64,000 nt of DNA, taken from Eledone cirrhosa (taxonomy: Eukaryota). Numbering within the stretch: position 1 is the first letter of the stretch; each line of letters begins with the position of its first letter. Below, piece by piece: positions 27,107 through 41,236 of the stretch. Location of the stretch: positions 366,048,001 through 366,112,000 of the forward strand of contig OZ024741.1 of assembly GCA_964016885.1 (NCBI GenBank), read 5' to 3'. A model generated the notes under the pieces. It worked only from the letters and a program-made list of their open reading frames with translations, had not been told where the DNA came from and did no database searches. Made by a program: the position numbers and the translations under genes.

Positions 27107-27752
27107 ATATGGGTGAGAAAAATACTGCTGGTTGCACATGGATAACATGTTATAAAATGAGTCCCTCATCAGTGATTTACCAAACGATCATGGGTATTTC
27201 ATCGCATTAAAAATCATATACCTCACGTTGGAGCGATAATAACTAAAATGAGTTATTAGGACAATAGAAACGCGTAAAGCGAGTGAGACAAGAAAACAAC
27301 ACAGGGGGAAGCTAACCGAAGATGGAAATAAACACAAGCAACATAGTTATTCTTTCAGCATAAGCTGTGTGAATATATGAGCGAGTCAGAAAACAGACCT
27401 TTCGCTAGTGAATCCGGTGTTAGAAAGAATGAAAACCGTTTTCCCAGCGAACGGGAGGAAGAATGAAGGGGAGAAACAGGGACTGAGTGAGTGGGAGTGC
27501 GAGGAAGAGGTCAGTAGAGAGAAAGAGTTAACTGACATGGCAGAGGGGACGAAAGAAAGTAAGAGAAACAGAGAGAACGAGGGAGCAGTAAGAGAGAAAG
27601 AGAGAAACAGAGAGAGAGAGAGAGAGACATTATATATATATATAAACATATGTACATGAGTATACATGCGTATATATCGTACGTTTCTGTGTGTATATAT
27701 ATCTATATATATCCATTTGTATATATTTGTTCATATATATATATATATATAT

Positions 27753-27895
27753 AAAGTAAGTATGTTTTGAAACAGTGAGCAGGTTTGAAATTAGAAAATA
27801 GAATAGCTTTCGCCGTATTTTTGACTAAAGGAATTTTAGCCTGATAATGGGGTTTAGAACCATCAGATAAATGGAAAAAGATGACTATTGACGTA
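27753..27895 (-). mobile_element. Fragment of the tRNA-containing fold-back family (see 44119-44624)
   Basis: Aligns by eye with 44121-44275; flanked by (TA)n on both sides. Confidence 0.7.
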
Positions 27896-27907
27896 TATAT
27901 ATATATA

Positions 27908-28499
27908 TGATGATGATGATGGCTGCCTCCTCTTTATCGAGTATGGCCATTGCATTATATACCATTATTAATAATTATTAATTAATTCTATCGTGCAATG
28001 CTTGTGCGTGAAGATATTTTTTTAAAGTGAGGAAAGACTGTGCACTGAACCAATCCCATTCTCTGAGCGACAGTAGCTATAACCCGAAAAGAAGAAAAGA
28101 TCAACATCATCGGTAATTACTGAGCTGCAGGTTTTATATCAGAGTTATCCCACTTTTCTGAGTTGCCTTCTCCTAGAAGAATGGCCTGACAAAGTCTAGG
28201 GGTCCTTCACTCCCACTGGTTTAACCGGGCGATCGGGTGTCCAGCCTGACTATTTCTATGTCCCCGCGCATATACACACACATGCACCCATGTATATACA
28301 CATAGACATACATATGTACATGTGTATATACATTTTGACACACTTTTGGATGGTCGTTGACTCTTATGAGTTCTTCTGCCCTTTGTCAAGTTTTGTTTTT
28401 TGTCCTGCAGGGTGTCCAAAATCACCCTCCTCACCAAGTAAACTTGGTAGGGTAGCCGGTTTAGTCGCCCACGACCCGACCATGCTTTACTGGGTTACA
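27908..28499 (-). mobile_element. Non-autonomous RTE-derived element (5'UTR-like part + 3' hairpin and (CAT)n tail)
   Basis: Reverse complement of 60566-61158; contains ctaggagaaggcaactc, which resembles RTE 5' UTRs; no ORF. Confidence 0.65.
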
Positions 28500-28501
28500 T
28501 G

Positions 28502-28547
<46 letters not shown>

Positions 28548-29050
28548 ATAATAAAAAATTTGAAGACTAAAATCCAGAGAAGGCTCGATAAGGTGTATAT
28601 CTCGAAATACGTGTGTATATCTATATGCATGTATGTATATAATCCGCTCCCTTCCACCCATGTTTGTCTCGGAAATGTTATCTGTTACTCAATTTATTGT
28701 CAGAAGAAATCACGATATCTATCGTCATGAAAATATTTAAAACGTCTCAATTAATATAAGACTCTAAGATTAGTTAACTTTGCCTTTCATCCTTACGGGG
28801 TCGATAAAATAAAGTACCAGTAATGTACTGGGTAATTGCTGGCCTTGTGCCTAAAGTAGAAACAATTATTATTTATCCATATATCTACGGTTGTTCCAAC
28901 GCGAACTAGAGCAATTCATCAATTGTGGATAAACCCAGAAATGATCAGTTAAGTAACTCCATGAGGGTAAAAATGTGCATTGAGCTTAACTGACCTTATC
29001 AATGAAAATAATTAACTATTACTGCATAAACTCATATATATATATATATA

Positions 29051-29389
29051 TTAGAATATAAATATTAATAAAATAGATGTTCTTTTGATCAATTACATTT
29101 TATTATACATATCTCGGATGTACAACAGTACGTCCTCATCAGACAAAATATAATTATATATGACATACCCTGAGATGTTAAATATATATATTATATGTTG
29201 TCTGATGAGGACGTACTGTTGTACATCCGAAATATGTATAATAAAATGTAATTGATCAAAAGAACATATATTTTATTAATATTTATATTCTAATATTAAT
29301 AACTCCGGAAAATTATTTTACCGTAGAGTGCTTCCAATCTACTGTAAAACTCATTCTTTGATATACTCATTGAATTTTGTTTAACTCTT

Positions 29390-29392
<3 letters not shown>
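29051..29392 (+). mobile_element. Fold-back element carrying two opposed hammerhead copies
   Basis: Arms ~29051-29158 / 29186-29293, a ~100-nt unique tail, and (TA)n on both sides. Confidence 0.8.
29195..29247 (+). ncRNA. Minimal type I hammerhead ribozyme
   Basis: atgttgt-CTGATGA-g gacgtac tgtt gtacatc c-GAAA-tatgta-TA-ataaaat. The mirror copy at 29097-29149 (-) has GAGA for GAAA. Confidence 0.85.
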
Positions 29393-29486
<94 letters not shown>

Positions 29487-29699
29487 TAGACAGAGAGATT
29501 TCTACACATCTTTGTGTGTGTTTTGTTGAATTTTCTTTTTTAAATATGTGATTTATTAAACAGATTATACAACTCGATAAATTAGATGGTTATATACACT
29601 CTCCTGTTGGAGCGCAGGGGCGCATCCTCTCCACCATTTAAACCTGGTAGTGCCCGATTCTCAGCATATTAGCCCACACTCGACTACGACTGAAAAATA

Positions 29700-29917
29700 A
29701 TGATTTCTAATATAGGCACAAGGCCAGCAATTTTGGGGGAGGGGGAAAGTCGTTTAAATTGACCCCAATGAGTGACGGTACTTTATTTATTGACCCCGTA
29801 ACGATGAAAGGCAAAGCTAACCTCGGCGGGATTTGAACTCAGATCATAAAGGTCCGTAACTCTATGTTGCAAATCACGGCATCCAACCCACTACCTATAC
29901 TGCCAATCCACCGCCCT
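29700..29917 (-). mobile_element. tRNA-derived SINE (family of 10320), long variant
   Basis: Reverse complement of the full head, body and tail. Confidence 0.8.
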
Positions 29918-30560
29918 TTTCCACCGAAAAATAATGGGACATGTGGACACCATTTATTATCTTCGACAGGATAAATGGTGAAGTTGACCTCGTTGGGATT
30001 TGAACTGTAAAGATTAGACTGTAAAGAGCCAAAGCTAATGACTCAACCATTTCACCGCTCTTTGTAGCTACTTCATATAGATATTTATATACGTAGTCGT
30101 AGTACGTAACTGTAATAGCAGTATTAATGTAAACAGCGGTAATAACATTGGTAGTAATAAAATTAGTTCTAATGTTAGAAGCATTGCTGGTTATTGTTAT
30201 AGTAGTGGTAATACTAGCAGCTGCAGTAGCGGTGGTGGTTGTAACAATGATCGTAGTGAATAGAAATTCAGTGTTATGTTTTTAAATGCACTGTGAATGT
30301 AATACATATTCAATACGATATTAGACGCTATAGAATATACAGCCCTAATATGTATTGATATATCTCACTTTCAATATTTTATTTATACATGTATCGAACT
30401 GTAGAATTTAGAACACATACAAACAGTCAAAAGCACATGTATGAGTATATATAAGAGGTGTTATGTATGTCTTTTTTTACATATATATATCTATAAATAT
30501 ATATATACATATATATATGTAAAAGAAATCAAAGAACGCCTACATACTCATACAATTTTT

Positions 30561-30612
30561 ATTCGCTGACAATGTTTCATCCATACCGTGGAACAGGAAT
30601 CATCAGAAATTT
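30561..30612 (-). ncRNA. Hammerhead ribozyme motif, stem I degraded
   Basis: Minus strand: tt-CTGATGA-t tcc...gga t-GAAAC-att-GTC-ag, near the 3' end of a ~1.27-kb island (30520-31795) between (TA)n tracts. Confidence 0.65.
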
Positions 30613-31829
30613 ATAAACAAAAATATAGTGCTGAGTATAAGCCCTACCAAGCTTAGTCACACGAACATTAGATATACAGTACAGGATAATAAGAGGGAGA
30701 TTGGAAATGGAAAGGATGGAGAGAATGCGTAATGGGGTTGTTATTCAACATTACGGCTACATATGAGGATATAGGCAGATTTTCTCACAAGAGACGGAGG
30801 CACGTGAGAGCACACAGAAACAAATAAAGCATTTAAATATATTTAAAAAAATATAATAATAATAAAGTAAAAGAAAAATAATAATATAAAAAAGTATAAA
30901 TAAATAATAAAAAAATTAAAGCACACAAAAGCAACAGAGGAAGTTATGCATTAGTCACTATATAGAACAGGTGATTTAGTTTCCCATGACTTAGAGTTAT
31001 AGAAATACTACGAGACCCCTAAAGTACCTTCAGAAAGTCCAAAGGGGATTTTATTCCACCCCATAGTATACATAATCAGGGTATACCAGTAGGTTACGGA
31101 ACTACGTGGACCAGGGGTGCTAAACCTGCACATAGACAGGCACCACATCAATACAAGCCAAATACAGACAAAGCGGGGTTAATGCATGATCAAGCTGAAG
31201 CAAATAATACACAACAAATATGGTTTAATCCCTGTATAAGGCATATCTGGCGAGGAGTCACAACATAGTATATCCACCGTAGAAGTTAATCTAATCGGTT
31301 TCATATGCCCCGATTGGCGAGGAGTTACGATATAAGTAGATCGTCCGTAGATGGTAATCCAGTCTAGAAGTTACAACATATGTAGATCGTCCGTAAAATG
31401 TAATCCAGTCGCATTCATATGCCACCAAAATATATCGGCACATATGGTAACATATGTTACAGGCTGATGTTACACATCACAAATCCTCACAAGTTTAAAA
31501 TTCCAGACCGCGATGTGCTATATGTCCAAGTTGCAGCTCCAAATTCCGTATAACCATATTCTTCACATCCAATCCAACCGCGACCTCGTCCGAATAATGC
31601 CAGGTTAAATGCAGCAGTAATTCCCCGTTGACCAAACGCGCACAGCACGTGGATTAACAATCAATACAAAACAGAAAATAACATAAAGAGCTGAAATCAG
31701 TAAATCCACCAGGTACCACAGTATGTCAGTTAGGTGAGGTCGTACCCATATAGGCATACAATAATCATATAAGACAGCTCACATTATATGCCTATATGGG
31801 TTTATATATATATATATATATTATATATA

Positions 31830-32206
<377 letters not shown>

Positions 32207-32451
32207 CAGCGTGGAGGCACGTAGCCAAGTGGTAAGGGTGTTGGACTTACGATCATAATGTCGTGGTTTAGATTCCTGCGGTGTGTGTTGTGTTCTTGAG
32301 CAAAACACTTTCCTGGTGATTTCTTACGAAAACCACAGTCCTAGTCCTGCAAAAGTCATTACTATAATAAAACAGATATGCTTATATTCTACTAACGTAA
32401 GGAGTACCTTTTTAACCATTGTCACCTCTCGTAATGCATCGGAAATCCACT

Positions 32452-32582
<131 letters not shown>

Positions 32583-32728
32583 TAAAATAGATTAAAGTTT
32601 AAGCAAAGACGGTTCTTATATATTTGATATATATTTTCCTTATCGAGCCCTCTTTGGATTTTAGTCTTCAATTTTATTATTATTACTATATATATATATT
32701 TATGTCAGGTCACCAGTTGGTGCTACTG

Positions 32729-33311
32729 GTAACATGTATCCCAGTACAACCTGACCCATGGTCGGGTCGTTGGCGACTAAACTGGCAACCCCACCAAGGT
32801 TTCTTGGTGAGGAGGGTGACTTTGGACATCCTGCAGGACTAAAAACAAGACCTGTCAAAGGGCAAAGGAGCTCTTAAGAGTCAATGGCCATCCAAAATCA
32901 CCGGGAGAGATGACCCTTTAGCCTTTGTCAAGGCAGAATTCTAGGAGAAGGAAAACTCTGATATAACACCTGCAACTCTGATGGTATCCAATGATGTTGA
33001 CTTGTTCTTCTTTTTGGTAAATATCATCTTGGTTAAGAGAGTGGGACTGGCTTTGTGCAGTGCCTTTGCTCACTATAAAAGCTTCACGGCACAGGCATTG
33101 CTTTATATCTGGAGATCTCTCTGCACTTGTCGTCACAGGGTACCATGGGCCCAGCACTATGTGTCAATATTTGTCACAAGTGTAGTGTTTGTACCAGAGT
33201 TTTCAAGTCGCTGGCTGGACTAAAAAGTCACACTCGTTCAGCGCATCGGTAGGGGTTCTCCTATATGGATATAAAGTAGTGGCCGTACTCGAAAACGAGT
33301 TGGCAGCCACC

Positions 33312-33313
<2 letters not shown>
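32729..33313 (+). mobile_element. Non-autonomous RTE-derived element, diverged copy
   Basis: Homologous to 60566-61158 at both ends. Confidence 0.6.
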
Positions 33314-33380
<67 letters not shown>

Positions 33381-34168
33381 CGTGTGTGTGTATACGAAAT
33401 ATGGTTTATATACCCTAATAACTCAAAACACTCTTTTCAATATTTCGATTCTTCTGTTTGTAGTTTGACATTTTATAGCTAACTTATATATTTTAGTAAG
33501 ATAGCTTCCAATATCTGATTGGACCACTCATAACATAGAAATCTACTGACATACATGCATAAATATTTATTTGTGAAGGCATATTGACTCGTTGTTACGG
33601 CGCTGATCCCACATGGGGGTGTTTCCTTTACTGACCGGTGAGTTGTTATTGTCAGCGAAATGTGAAATATTTTATTACACTTAGATCTACCTGCAAAGAG
33701 TTGCAACCGGTTGAATGTATGAGCATTCGAAAACCAATGGAAGCATTGTTTCCGATGTAACGATCAGCTCCTTGTTTTTTTTTGTTTTGTTTTTTTGTTT
33801 TTTGTTTTTCTTTCTTCTTTTCTTCATATATATTCTCCAAAATGGCTGAGTGAATTTACCCGTGCTTTCATATTTGAAAACTTTTTTATTGCGTTTCTTT
33901 TTATTCGTACTCTCGTCTGTCTTATTTCTATCACCCGGGACATTAACACTGCTTTCCTACCATAGCAAGTGTTAAACAATTATATATCATTGTACTGTAG
34001 TATTGTTTTTTGTTTCTTTCTTTTTATGTACTTCGTGTTCATATGTGTGTGTAAGCATATATATATAAGACAACAAAAGCTGAAAAATATCTTTTGACAT
34101 GCTAAAATACCCCCCATTGCTTCAGACACATTCCTACTGACCATCCCTGTCACCACGAATTACTCTGC

Positions 34169-34275
<107 letters not shown>

Positions 34276-34319
34276 ATCTTAATAGCCATTTGACACACAT
34301 CGCTGCTAACCATTATCAC

Positions 34320-34500
34320 AACTGGCAGTATCGGTAGAGGGTCGGACGCCATGCTTTCCAGCATAGTTACGTCCCTTTACGATCTGAGTTCAAATCCCGC
34401 TGAGGTTGACTTTGCCTTTCATCCTTACGGGGTCGATAAAATAAAGTACCAGTAATGCACTGGGTAATTGCTTGCCTTGTGCCTAAAGTAGAAACAATTA
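34320..34500 (+). mobile_element. tRNA-derived SINE (family of 10320)
   Basis: Near-identical to 10332-10510. Confidence 0.85.
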
Positions 34501-34535
34501 TCACAACATCGAACACCTTACTACTACTACTACTA

Positions 34536-34573
<38 letters not shown>

Positions 34574-34597
34574 TTGTTGTGAAAGAGTCATTTCTCA

Positions 34598-35032
34598 ATC
34601 TTGGCGCAAAACCAATTTTTTATTCACATGACCTCTACCGACCAATCAAAATTGTTTTGACCACAAGAATTTTTTCTGGAGCCACTTTTTTAACATAAAA
34701 ACAGTCTTGGCGCAAAATCAATTTTTTACATTCACATGACCTCTACCGACCAATCAAAATTGTTTTGACCACAAGAATTTTTGCAAATTGGAGCCACTTT
34801 TTTAACATAAAAACAGGTAGAATTCCCAAAACTAATCAGATCAGAGCAAACAGCACGGACACTCTATCTCAAAATTATTTTTGAAAAGCATTTAGAAATG
34901 CGCAACCGGTAAAAACTTAAAAACTTAAAACCACAACTGAATGCTAACCCATACAATCACTAATACTCTTTTATTCCTAATTAAACCATTTTTCAACTGT
35001 GAACAATTTGTCAGCATTTTCTATTCCGTTTA

Positions 35033-35036
<4 letters not shown>
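34598..35036 (+). repeat. Interspersed repeat with a 5' ~107-bp tandem duplication; 3' part also at 55100-55285 (-)
   Basis: tcttggcgcaaaa...aacataaaaacag occurs twice. 34845-35035 matches the reverse complement of 55100-55285; both end in (TA)n. Confidence 0.6.
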
Positions 35037-35077
<41 letters not shown>

Positions 35078-35079
<2 letters not shown>

Positions 35080-35262
35080 CGAAGGAAATGTGGTAAGGAA
35101 CCAGGTGGACCATAACGCACCAAAGTACTCAATACTTGGGGTAGTAGAGTGGGTAATAGGAACCAGTAAGACCCCGACGGCTGAGCTCAAGCCGTTTCGA
35201 CAGCTAATTCTGGACTTAGCTGTCGAAACGGCTTGAGCTCAGCCCACGGGGTCTTACTGGTT

Positions 35263-35265
<3 letters not shown>
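35078..35265 (-). mobile_element. Family A fold-back element
   Basis: Family A tail plus inverted arms centred near 35210; (TA)n on both sides. Confidence 0.75.
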
Positions 35266-35295
<30 letters not shown>

Positions 35296-35434
35296 CAGAG
35301 TTTTGTAGCTTGCTTGAAGCATTGTTTAATAGGATATACAAATTTAAATTTTGAAGATCAACAGAATTCGTATGGATTATGCTCCCATACAAACAAGTCT
35401 ATCCGATCGATTTTTAAGTTTCTTATAGGGTTAC

Positions 35435-35474
35435 TCCCTTGATAATGGGGTTTTAAACCCGAATATATTTGGGA
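35435..35474 (+). ncRNA. Degenerate hammerhead-like motif with U3-A8 core
   Basis: tccc-TTGATAA-tggggttttaaaccc-GAAT-atat-TT-ggga; position 15.1 is mutated. Confidence 0.45.
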
Positions 35475-35635
35475 TCGTTAAATTTGCTAAGGTAAGATTC
35501 TTTTGTTATCTTGGCAATTTAACATTCTCCATACGCATTGTGTTGGTCTTCAAAATTTATATTTGCGTTTCATATATATACATATATATGTGTGTGTGTA
35601 TATGTGTGTGTGTGTGTATGTGTATGTGTGTGTGT

Positions 35636-36057
35636 GTCTTGGGGAGGTAAAATTCCCGAGACCGATGGGCGAGTTCTCTCCAGCGGTCTCTGTCCCTCAT
35701 TATCGCTGCCATGTCTTGCGTCTCCAAGAGACCAGTGTCTGTCCTTAGGACATCAACATACGTTAACCTTGGTCTTCCTCTTCCAGTGTGTCCATGCAGG
35801 GGGCCCCGCAGGAGCACTGAGTGCAGAGTCAACTCTGGATGTCGGTGAGCATGTCCAGCTAAACTCAGTCTTCTCTGTGTCACTTTCAAGCTGACTTTTG
35901 GGAGAATCCCGTACAGCTCTGAGTTCTTCATCCTCAGTGTATACTGATTAATGTTCAGAGCCATCCTCAGCATTCTCGTGTAGCACCCATCCACCATCTG
36001 AGTGAGTTTCTTGGTCAGTGTCCAAGTCTCAGACCCGTACAGCAGCACAGACTCCAC
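35636..36057 (-). mobile_element. RTE/RTEX-type LINE 3' fragment (RT thumb / C-terminal region)
   Basis: ESVLLYGSETWTLTKKL...DGCYTRMLRMALNI...GRGRPRLTYVDVL..DR.RWR; 5'-truncated; flanked by (CA)n and (TAGA)n. Confidence 0.9.
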
Positions 36058-36058
36058 T

Positions 36059-36135
<77 letters not shown>

Positions 36136-36138
36136 GAG

Positions 36139-36225
<87 letters not shown>

Positions 36226-36228
<3 letters not shown>

Positions 36229-36390
36229 GGCTTCTATGGGACGAGAACAGGGATTATCTGATGTTTTCCTTCGAATGAAAGAGTTCTAGTCCTGTAGAAG
36301 CCATTTCTGTATTCTATTTTATATATACACTACTAATGTATTGAGTACCTTACTTATTGTGGTTATCCCCGATAGAACCCAGGACACTCA
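36226..36390 (+). mobile_element. Short element with degenerate hammerhead; related copy at 19371-19510 (-)
   Basis: ggattat-CTGATGT-tttccttcgaat-GAAA-gagt-TC-tagtcc. The downstream gtattgagta...ggttatccccgat matches the reverse complement of 19371-19480. Confidence 0.5.
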
Positions 36391-36391
36391 C

Positions 36392-36429
<38 letters not shown>

Positions 36430-36434
36430 CAGAT

Positions 36435-36888
<454 letters not shown>

Positions 36889-37469
36889 GTAATTATTTAT
36901 GCACATTATATTATTATTATATCACACGTATGCTTGTTGCTATGTGAGTGTAGAGTAAGATGGTTAGATAGATATTTGTATGGTTAGATATTTGTATATA
37001 GATGGATGAATAGATAGGAAATACGTATGTGAACATCTGTGTGTTTAAAGTTATCTCGTGTCTGTCAGCCAGTGTTCATCCATCGCTTACTTCTTTTGCC
37101 ATCTTTCCCACTTATACAACTTCATAATTAGGCGTGTATAATATAAATATATAGATTTATCTGTATATATATATACGTTTATGTATGCGTACAAAATCAT
37201 TTTAATGTGATTGTATATGTGTTGTACTTGTTTTTCTTATTTTTTTTTGGGGGGGGGGGGGGGGGGGAGTTAGAGAGAAAAGTAAGGAGAGTAAATTTCC
37301 CGAGGAAATTCACGACCAAATCAAAAGCAATAAGTTAGGCTGATGCAAACTTATTTTATCCTCTTTAACAAAAATAAGTTCATCCTGGAAGGTTTGTTTA
37401 ATCGCAGGGAATGTATCTGCTATCATACACCCACACACACACAAGGGGCACACAGATACACAGACAAAC

Positions 37470-37521
<52 letters not shown>

Positions 37522-37552
37522 TAAAATAACAGATTAAATGTATTATTATTAC

Positions 37553-37652
<100 letters not shown>

Positions 37653-37663
37653 TATATAAATAC

Positions 37664-38195
37664 ATAAAATATTTAAAAAATAATGAATAAAACAATGAAA
37701 CAGTTCCTTATATTAAACAAAAAAAGTTCATTATTTAACGATCGTTTCTAGGACATATATGTGTTAGAATTGGCATGCATATTCAAAAGATCTATGTACA
37801 AAATTATACAAACTATCAAAGAGAATATACATACCATCACATATATATGCTGTCTTCATTATTTCTGAAGACAGCATATATATGTGATGGTATGTATATT
37901 CTCTTTGATAGTTTGTATAATTTTGTACATAGATCTTTTGAATATGCATGCCAATTCTAACACATATATGTCCTAGAAACGATCGTTAAATAATGAACTT
38001 TTTTTGTTTAATATAAGGAACTGTTTCATTGTTTTATTCATTATTTTTTTAATATTTTATCTTGACTCTGTATTCCGTTTATCTTTCACCGAAAGTGATT
38101 TTTGAATGCATCTCTTCTTTCCATGATATCCAGATTACATTGAGTTCTTCATACGGATTGGACACTACCGTAAACTTTTGGTAGATTTATCTATA
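37664..38195 (+). mobile_element. Young fold-back element with 195-bp inverted arms and ~135-nt unique tail
   Basis: 37664-37858 / 37866-38060 with one mismatch seen; 7-nt centre; (TA)n on both sides. Confidence 0.85.
37855..37997 (+). ncRNA. Type I hammerhead ribozyme with ~100-nt extended stem II
   Basis: ttcattattt-CTGAAGA-c ag catatatatgtg...cacatatatg tcct a-GAAAC-gatc-GTT-aaataatgaa: 10-bp stem I and palindromic ACGATCGT stem III. Confidence 0.8.
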
Positions 38196-38337
38196 TAAAT
38201 ACATATATATATATATATACATATATATATATCTATATCCAAAATTAAGATAGATTATATATGTATTTATAGATATATATATATAAATACATATATATTT
38301 ATTTATATATATATGTATTTATATATATATGTATATA

Positions 38338-38394
<57 letters not shown>

Positions 38395-39519
38395 CCATAT
38401 CACTCGAGGCAACAATAAGAAACCATTCGTTAAATTGTACTTCACACTAAATTTTCACACCCATAAACATCACTAATATGTCCAACACCAACCACTATTC
38501 TCACTAAAACCACAAACCTCTTTTACCATCGACCGTTGCTCCGAGCCCTCTCCATCAGCCACCGTCCTCATTTATGCAAATGATAAAAGTAACACAAAAT
38601 GTGATTTGCGGGAAGGGAATGTATAGGTAATAGTTAATTACACCGAGTTAATTGCATATCAGATGGCTTAGGGTAGTGCAATACCATCACATTTCAGACA
38701 CATTCTTTTACACACCCCAACACACACGCACACACAGACACGCACACACACACGAAAAAGGTATTTTAATGTATGTATGTTCTCATTGACACAAAGTCAC
38801 TGTTATATTCCTAAATCCATTATATTTGGATATTTGAAAAATCAAGTAATGTGTCCCCTAGAGACGGTAATTGGGGACAGAGATATCTACGAGATATCCC
38901 GCATCACTCCAATCTCAGATGCTACTGCACTAAAGAGACGCTGGCCACCTATCTTGTCTTTTTAGAAGAGATATTCGTAAAGTATTACACGTTGTATGCC
39001 TTCAAGATATGTGAAGTTTTCAGTTTTAGGTCTGAGCCCTGCATCTAAGAAATGAGAATGCTGTGAAAGAAATTGAGGAGTAACGATTCCTGTTAGTTGT
39101 TGAATTTATATCATGATACCCAAATAAGCCATGTATTATACGATGTCATAAAACCAATCAATTTGAGACGTCACTACTTGCGCAATTTTCATCACCTTGA
39201 CAACAATACCCAAAGAAAAGCATTTATAATGCTAATACTAAGAATAGCAATTTAAAAAAGCATTAATAAAGCCAACACGAAGAATAGCAATAAAAACAAT
39301 ATTAAAAATAAAAAAAAAAGAATTGTTCCCTAAGTTATAAGAGCCATGATAACATGAGCCAAAAAATAATCAAAAATGTTTCAATTTTATAAAGCTGCCT
39401 TTTGGGATTTGAAAATGGAAATTTCACTGTAAGGAAAATTAATATTTTATCCGATAACTTTTCTTTTGTCCTAAAAGGAAAAAGCAACAAACGAGTGATA
39501 ATCTTACAATAAATTAATA

Positions 39520-39740
39520 ATAATTGTTTCTACGTTTGGGCAGAAGGCCAGCAATTTGAAAGCAAGGGTAAAGTTAATTAAATCCATTCCACTACTTGAG
39601 TGGTACTTTATTTTATTGACCTCGGAAGGATGACAGGCAAAGTTAATCTCGGCGGTATTTGAACTCAGAACGTAAAAGGACGTAACCCTATGCTGCAAAG
39701 CATGTTGTCCGGCGCTCTACCAATAGTGCCAATCCCCCAC
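39520..39740 (-). mobile_element. tRNA-derived SINE (family of 10320)
   Basis: Reverse complement of the head and body. Confidence 0.75.
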
Positions 39741-39974
39741 ACTTAATGTTTTCTGGTTTAATTTCTAGAGAGGAAAAATACTTCTTACATACATTTCATC
39801 GCCATGCGCTTCTCGATATCGTATGACTGTACCAGCCTTTTGCAACATTAACTTCTCGTCATTGATTTTCTCGATGATGGTATAAGATTGTACAGACATA
39901 GGCCTGGGGGACTCATAGAGTAGAACAAATTATGATTGCAACATTTAATTTCAACATTTTGAAATCAACTTCAT

Positions 39975-40625
39975 CTTTTTTCACCCACTTATTCCTGGGT
40001 CGTGGGAGAGAGTCATCGGGTACGCCGTCCAGTGGGTCCTGTCAGAAGCTACCAATTGATTCGGCTGGATCCTCAACCGTGACCAGCCGAGTTCATAGAC
40101 GTTATCCAACTACCTTGCTCGGGTCTACACCTGGGCTTTTCCAGGTAGTTTTGCCAGTAAAATTTGTCTAGCGATTCTTTCCGTAGACATTCTAACCACC
40201 TGCCCATAGTATCGGATCTGTAACCTTTCAATTCAGAGAAACAATGTCTCCTTCTACAGTGACTCTCTGATCTTCGACCTACATTCTCTATAGAATAACG
40301 CTACTCTACATCCAAGGAACCTCATTTCAGCCGCTTTTATTCGTGACTATAGGTAAGGTTTGGTACAAATGCCGGATTGAAGATAGCGAGTTTGGTTTTT
40401 ACACCTAATTCCCATCTTCTGATGACCAAATGCAGAAGCTGGTGCATTGCTGCACCAGCTCAGGATCCTGCCTTCCATCACTCAACACGGCCACGAGATA
40501 CTTGAACTTGTCCACCTGTTTCAATGGAAAGAAACTCACATGTGCAGGCTCCCTTGAGAGGATGAGTGTCTCCGTCATGATTGTCATTCCCGTCGTGCCC
40601 ATTACAGCAAACATATGAAGTGATG
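39975..40625 (-). mobile_element. Degraded RTE-clade LINE 3' fragment
   Basis: PLKQVDKFKYL..LSDGRQD RT motif; the 3' terminus cacttattcctggg is shared with the copy at 47984. Confidence 0.7.
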
Positions 40626-40941
40626 TCAAACAAGTGCATGAAGAATTTATCTAGTTTAGCTATTACTCTTTTATACTTTTATTCTTTCAGTTGTTACAGC
40701 CATTTAAATGCGATATGCTGGAGTCATACCTTGATTCATTTATTCTTATGGATCACCGTGCATATTTCACTGGTGTCTTTATTCTTTAACAGCTAAGATA
40801 CAGGACATGATTATATACGCAGAAACATAAACGTAAACATACTCTCTCTCTCTCTCTCGTAAGATGGGCTTCTAAATTTTTCATCTACCAACATCCACTT
40901 AGTCCATGAGACATAGCAGAGTTTAGCCCAAGGTTCTAGAC

Positions 40942-41236
40942 CAGGCATGGGCAAACTTCTTTTAGAGAAGCGGGCCGCATGAGATATGGTTCATCATCAG
41001 GCGGGCCGCAAGCGTTAATTTACATTCGTTCTCACATTAAAAAAGAAGGGCAGTAACTCAGGTTGTTTTGATTTGTTTCTTCAGAATTCGTACACGTTGT
41101 TTTCCTCGATCGTAAAAATGATAGAAAGATAAATTACGACTGAAACGTTGGGGTAAAAAAAATCAGAAAGATTTCACTTAGGTGACTTAGACGAGCCATT
41201 CAGAAAGCTTCGCGGGCCGCAGGTTGCCCATGACAG
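40942..41236. mobile_element. hAT (Charlie-like) MITE with 8-bp target-site duplication
   Basis: TIRs caggcatgggcaa / ttgcccatgacag; perfect TSD ttctagac at 40934-40941 and 41237-41244. Confidence 0.9.

Noticed and set aside
37764-37960. Two nearly identical 61-aa ORFs on opposite strands
   Set aside because: A by-product of the palindrome, with no coding signal.
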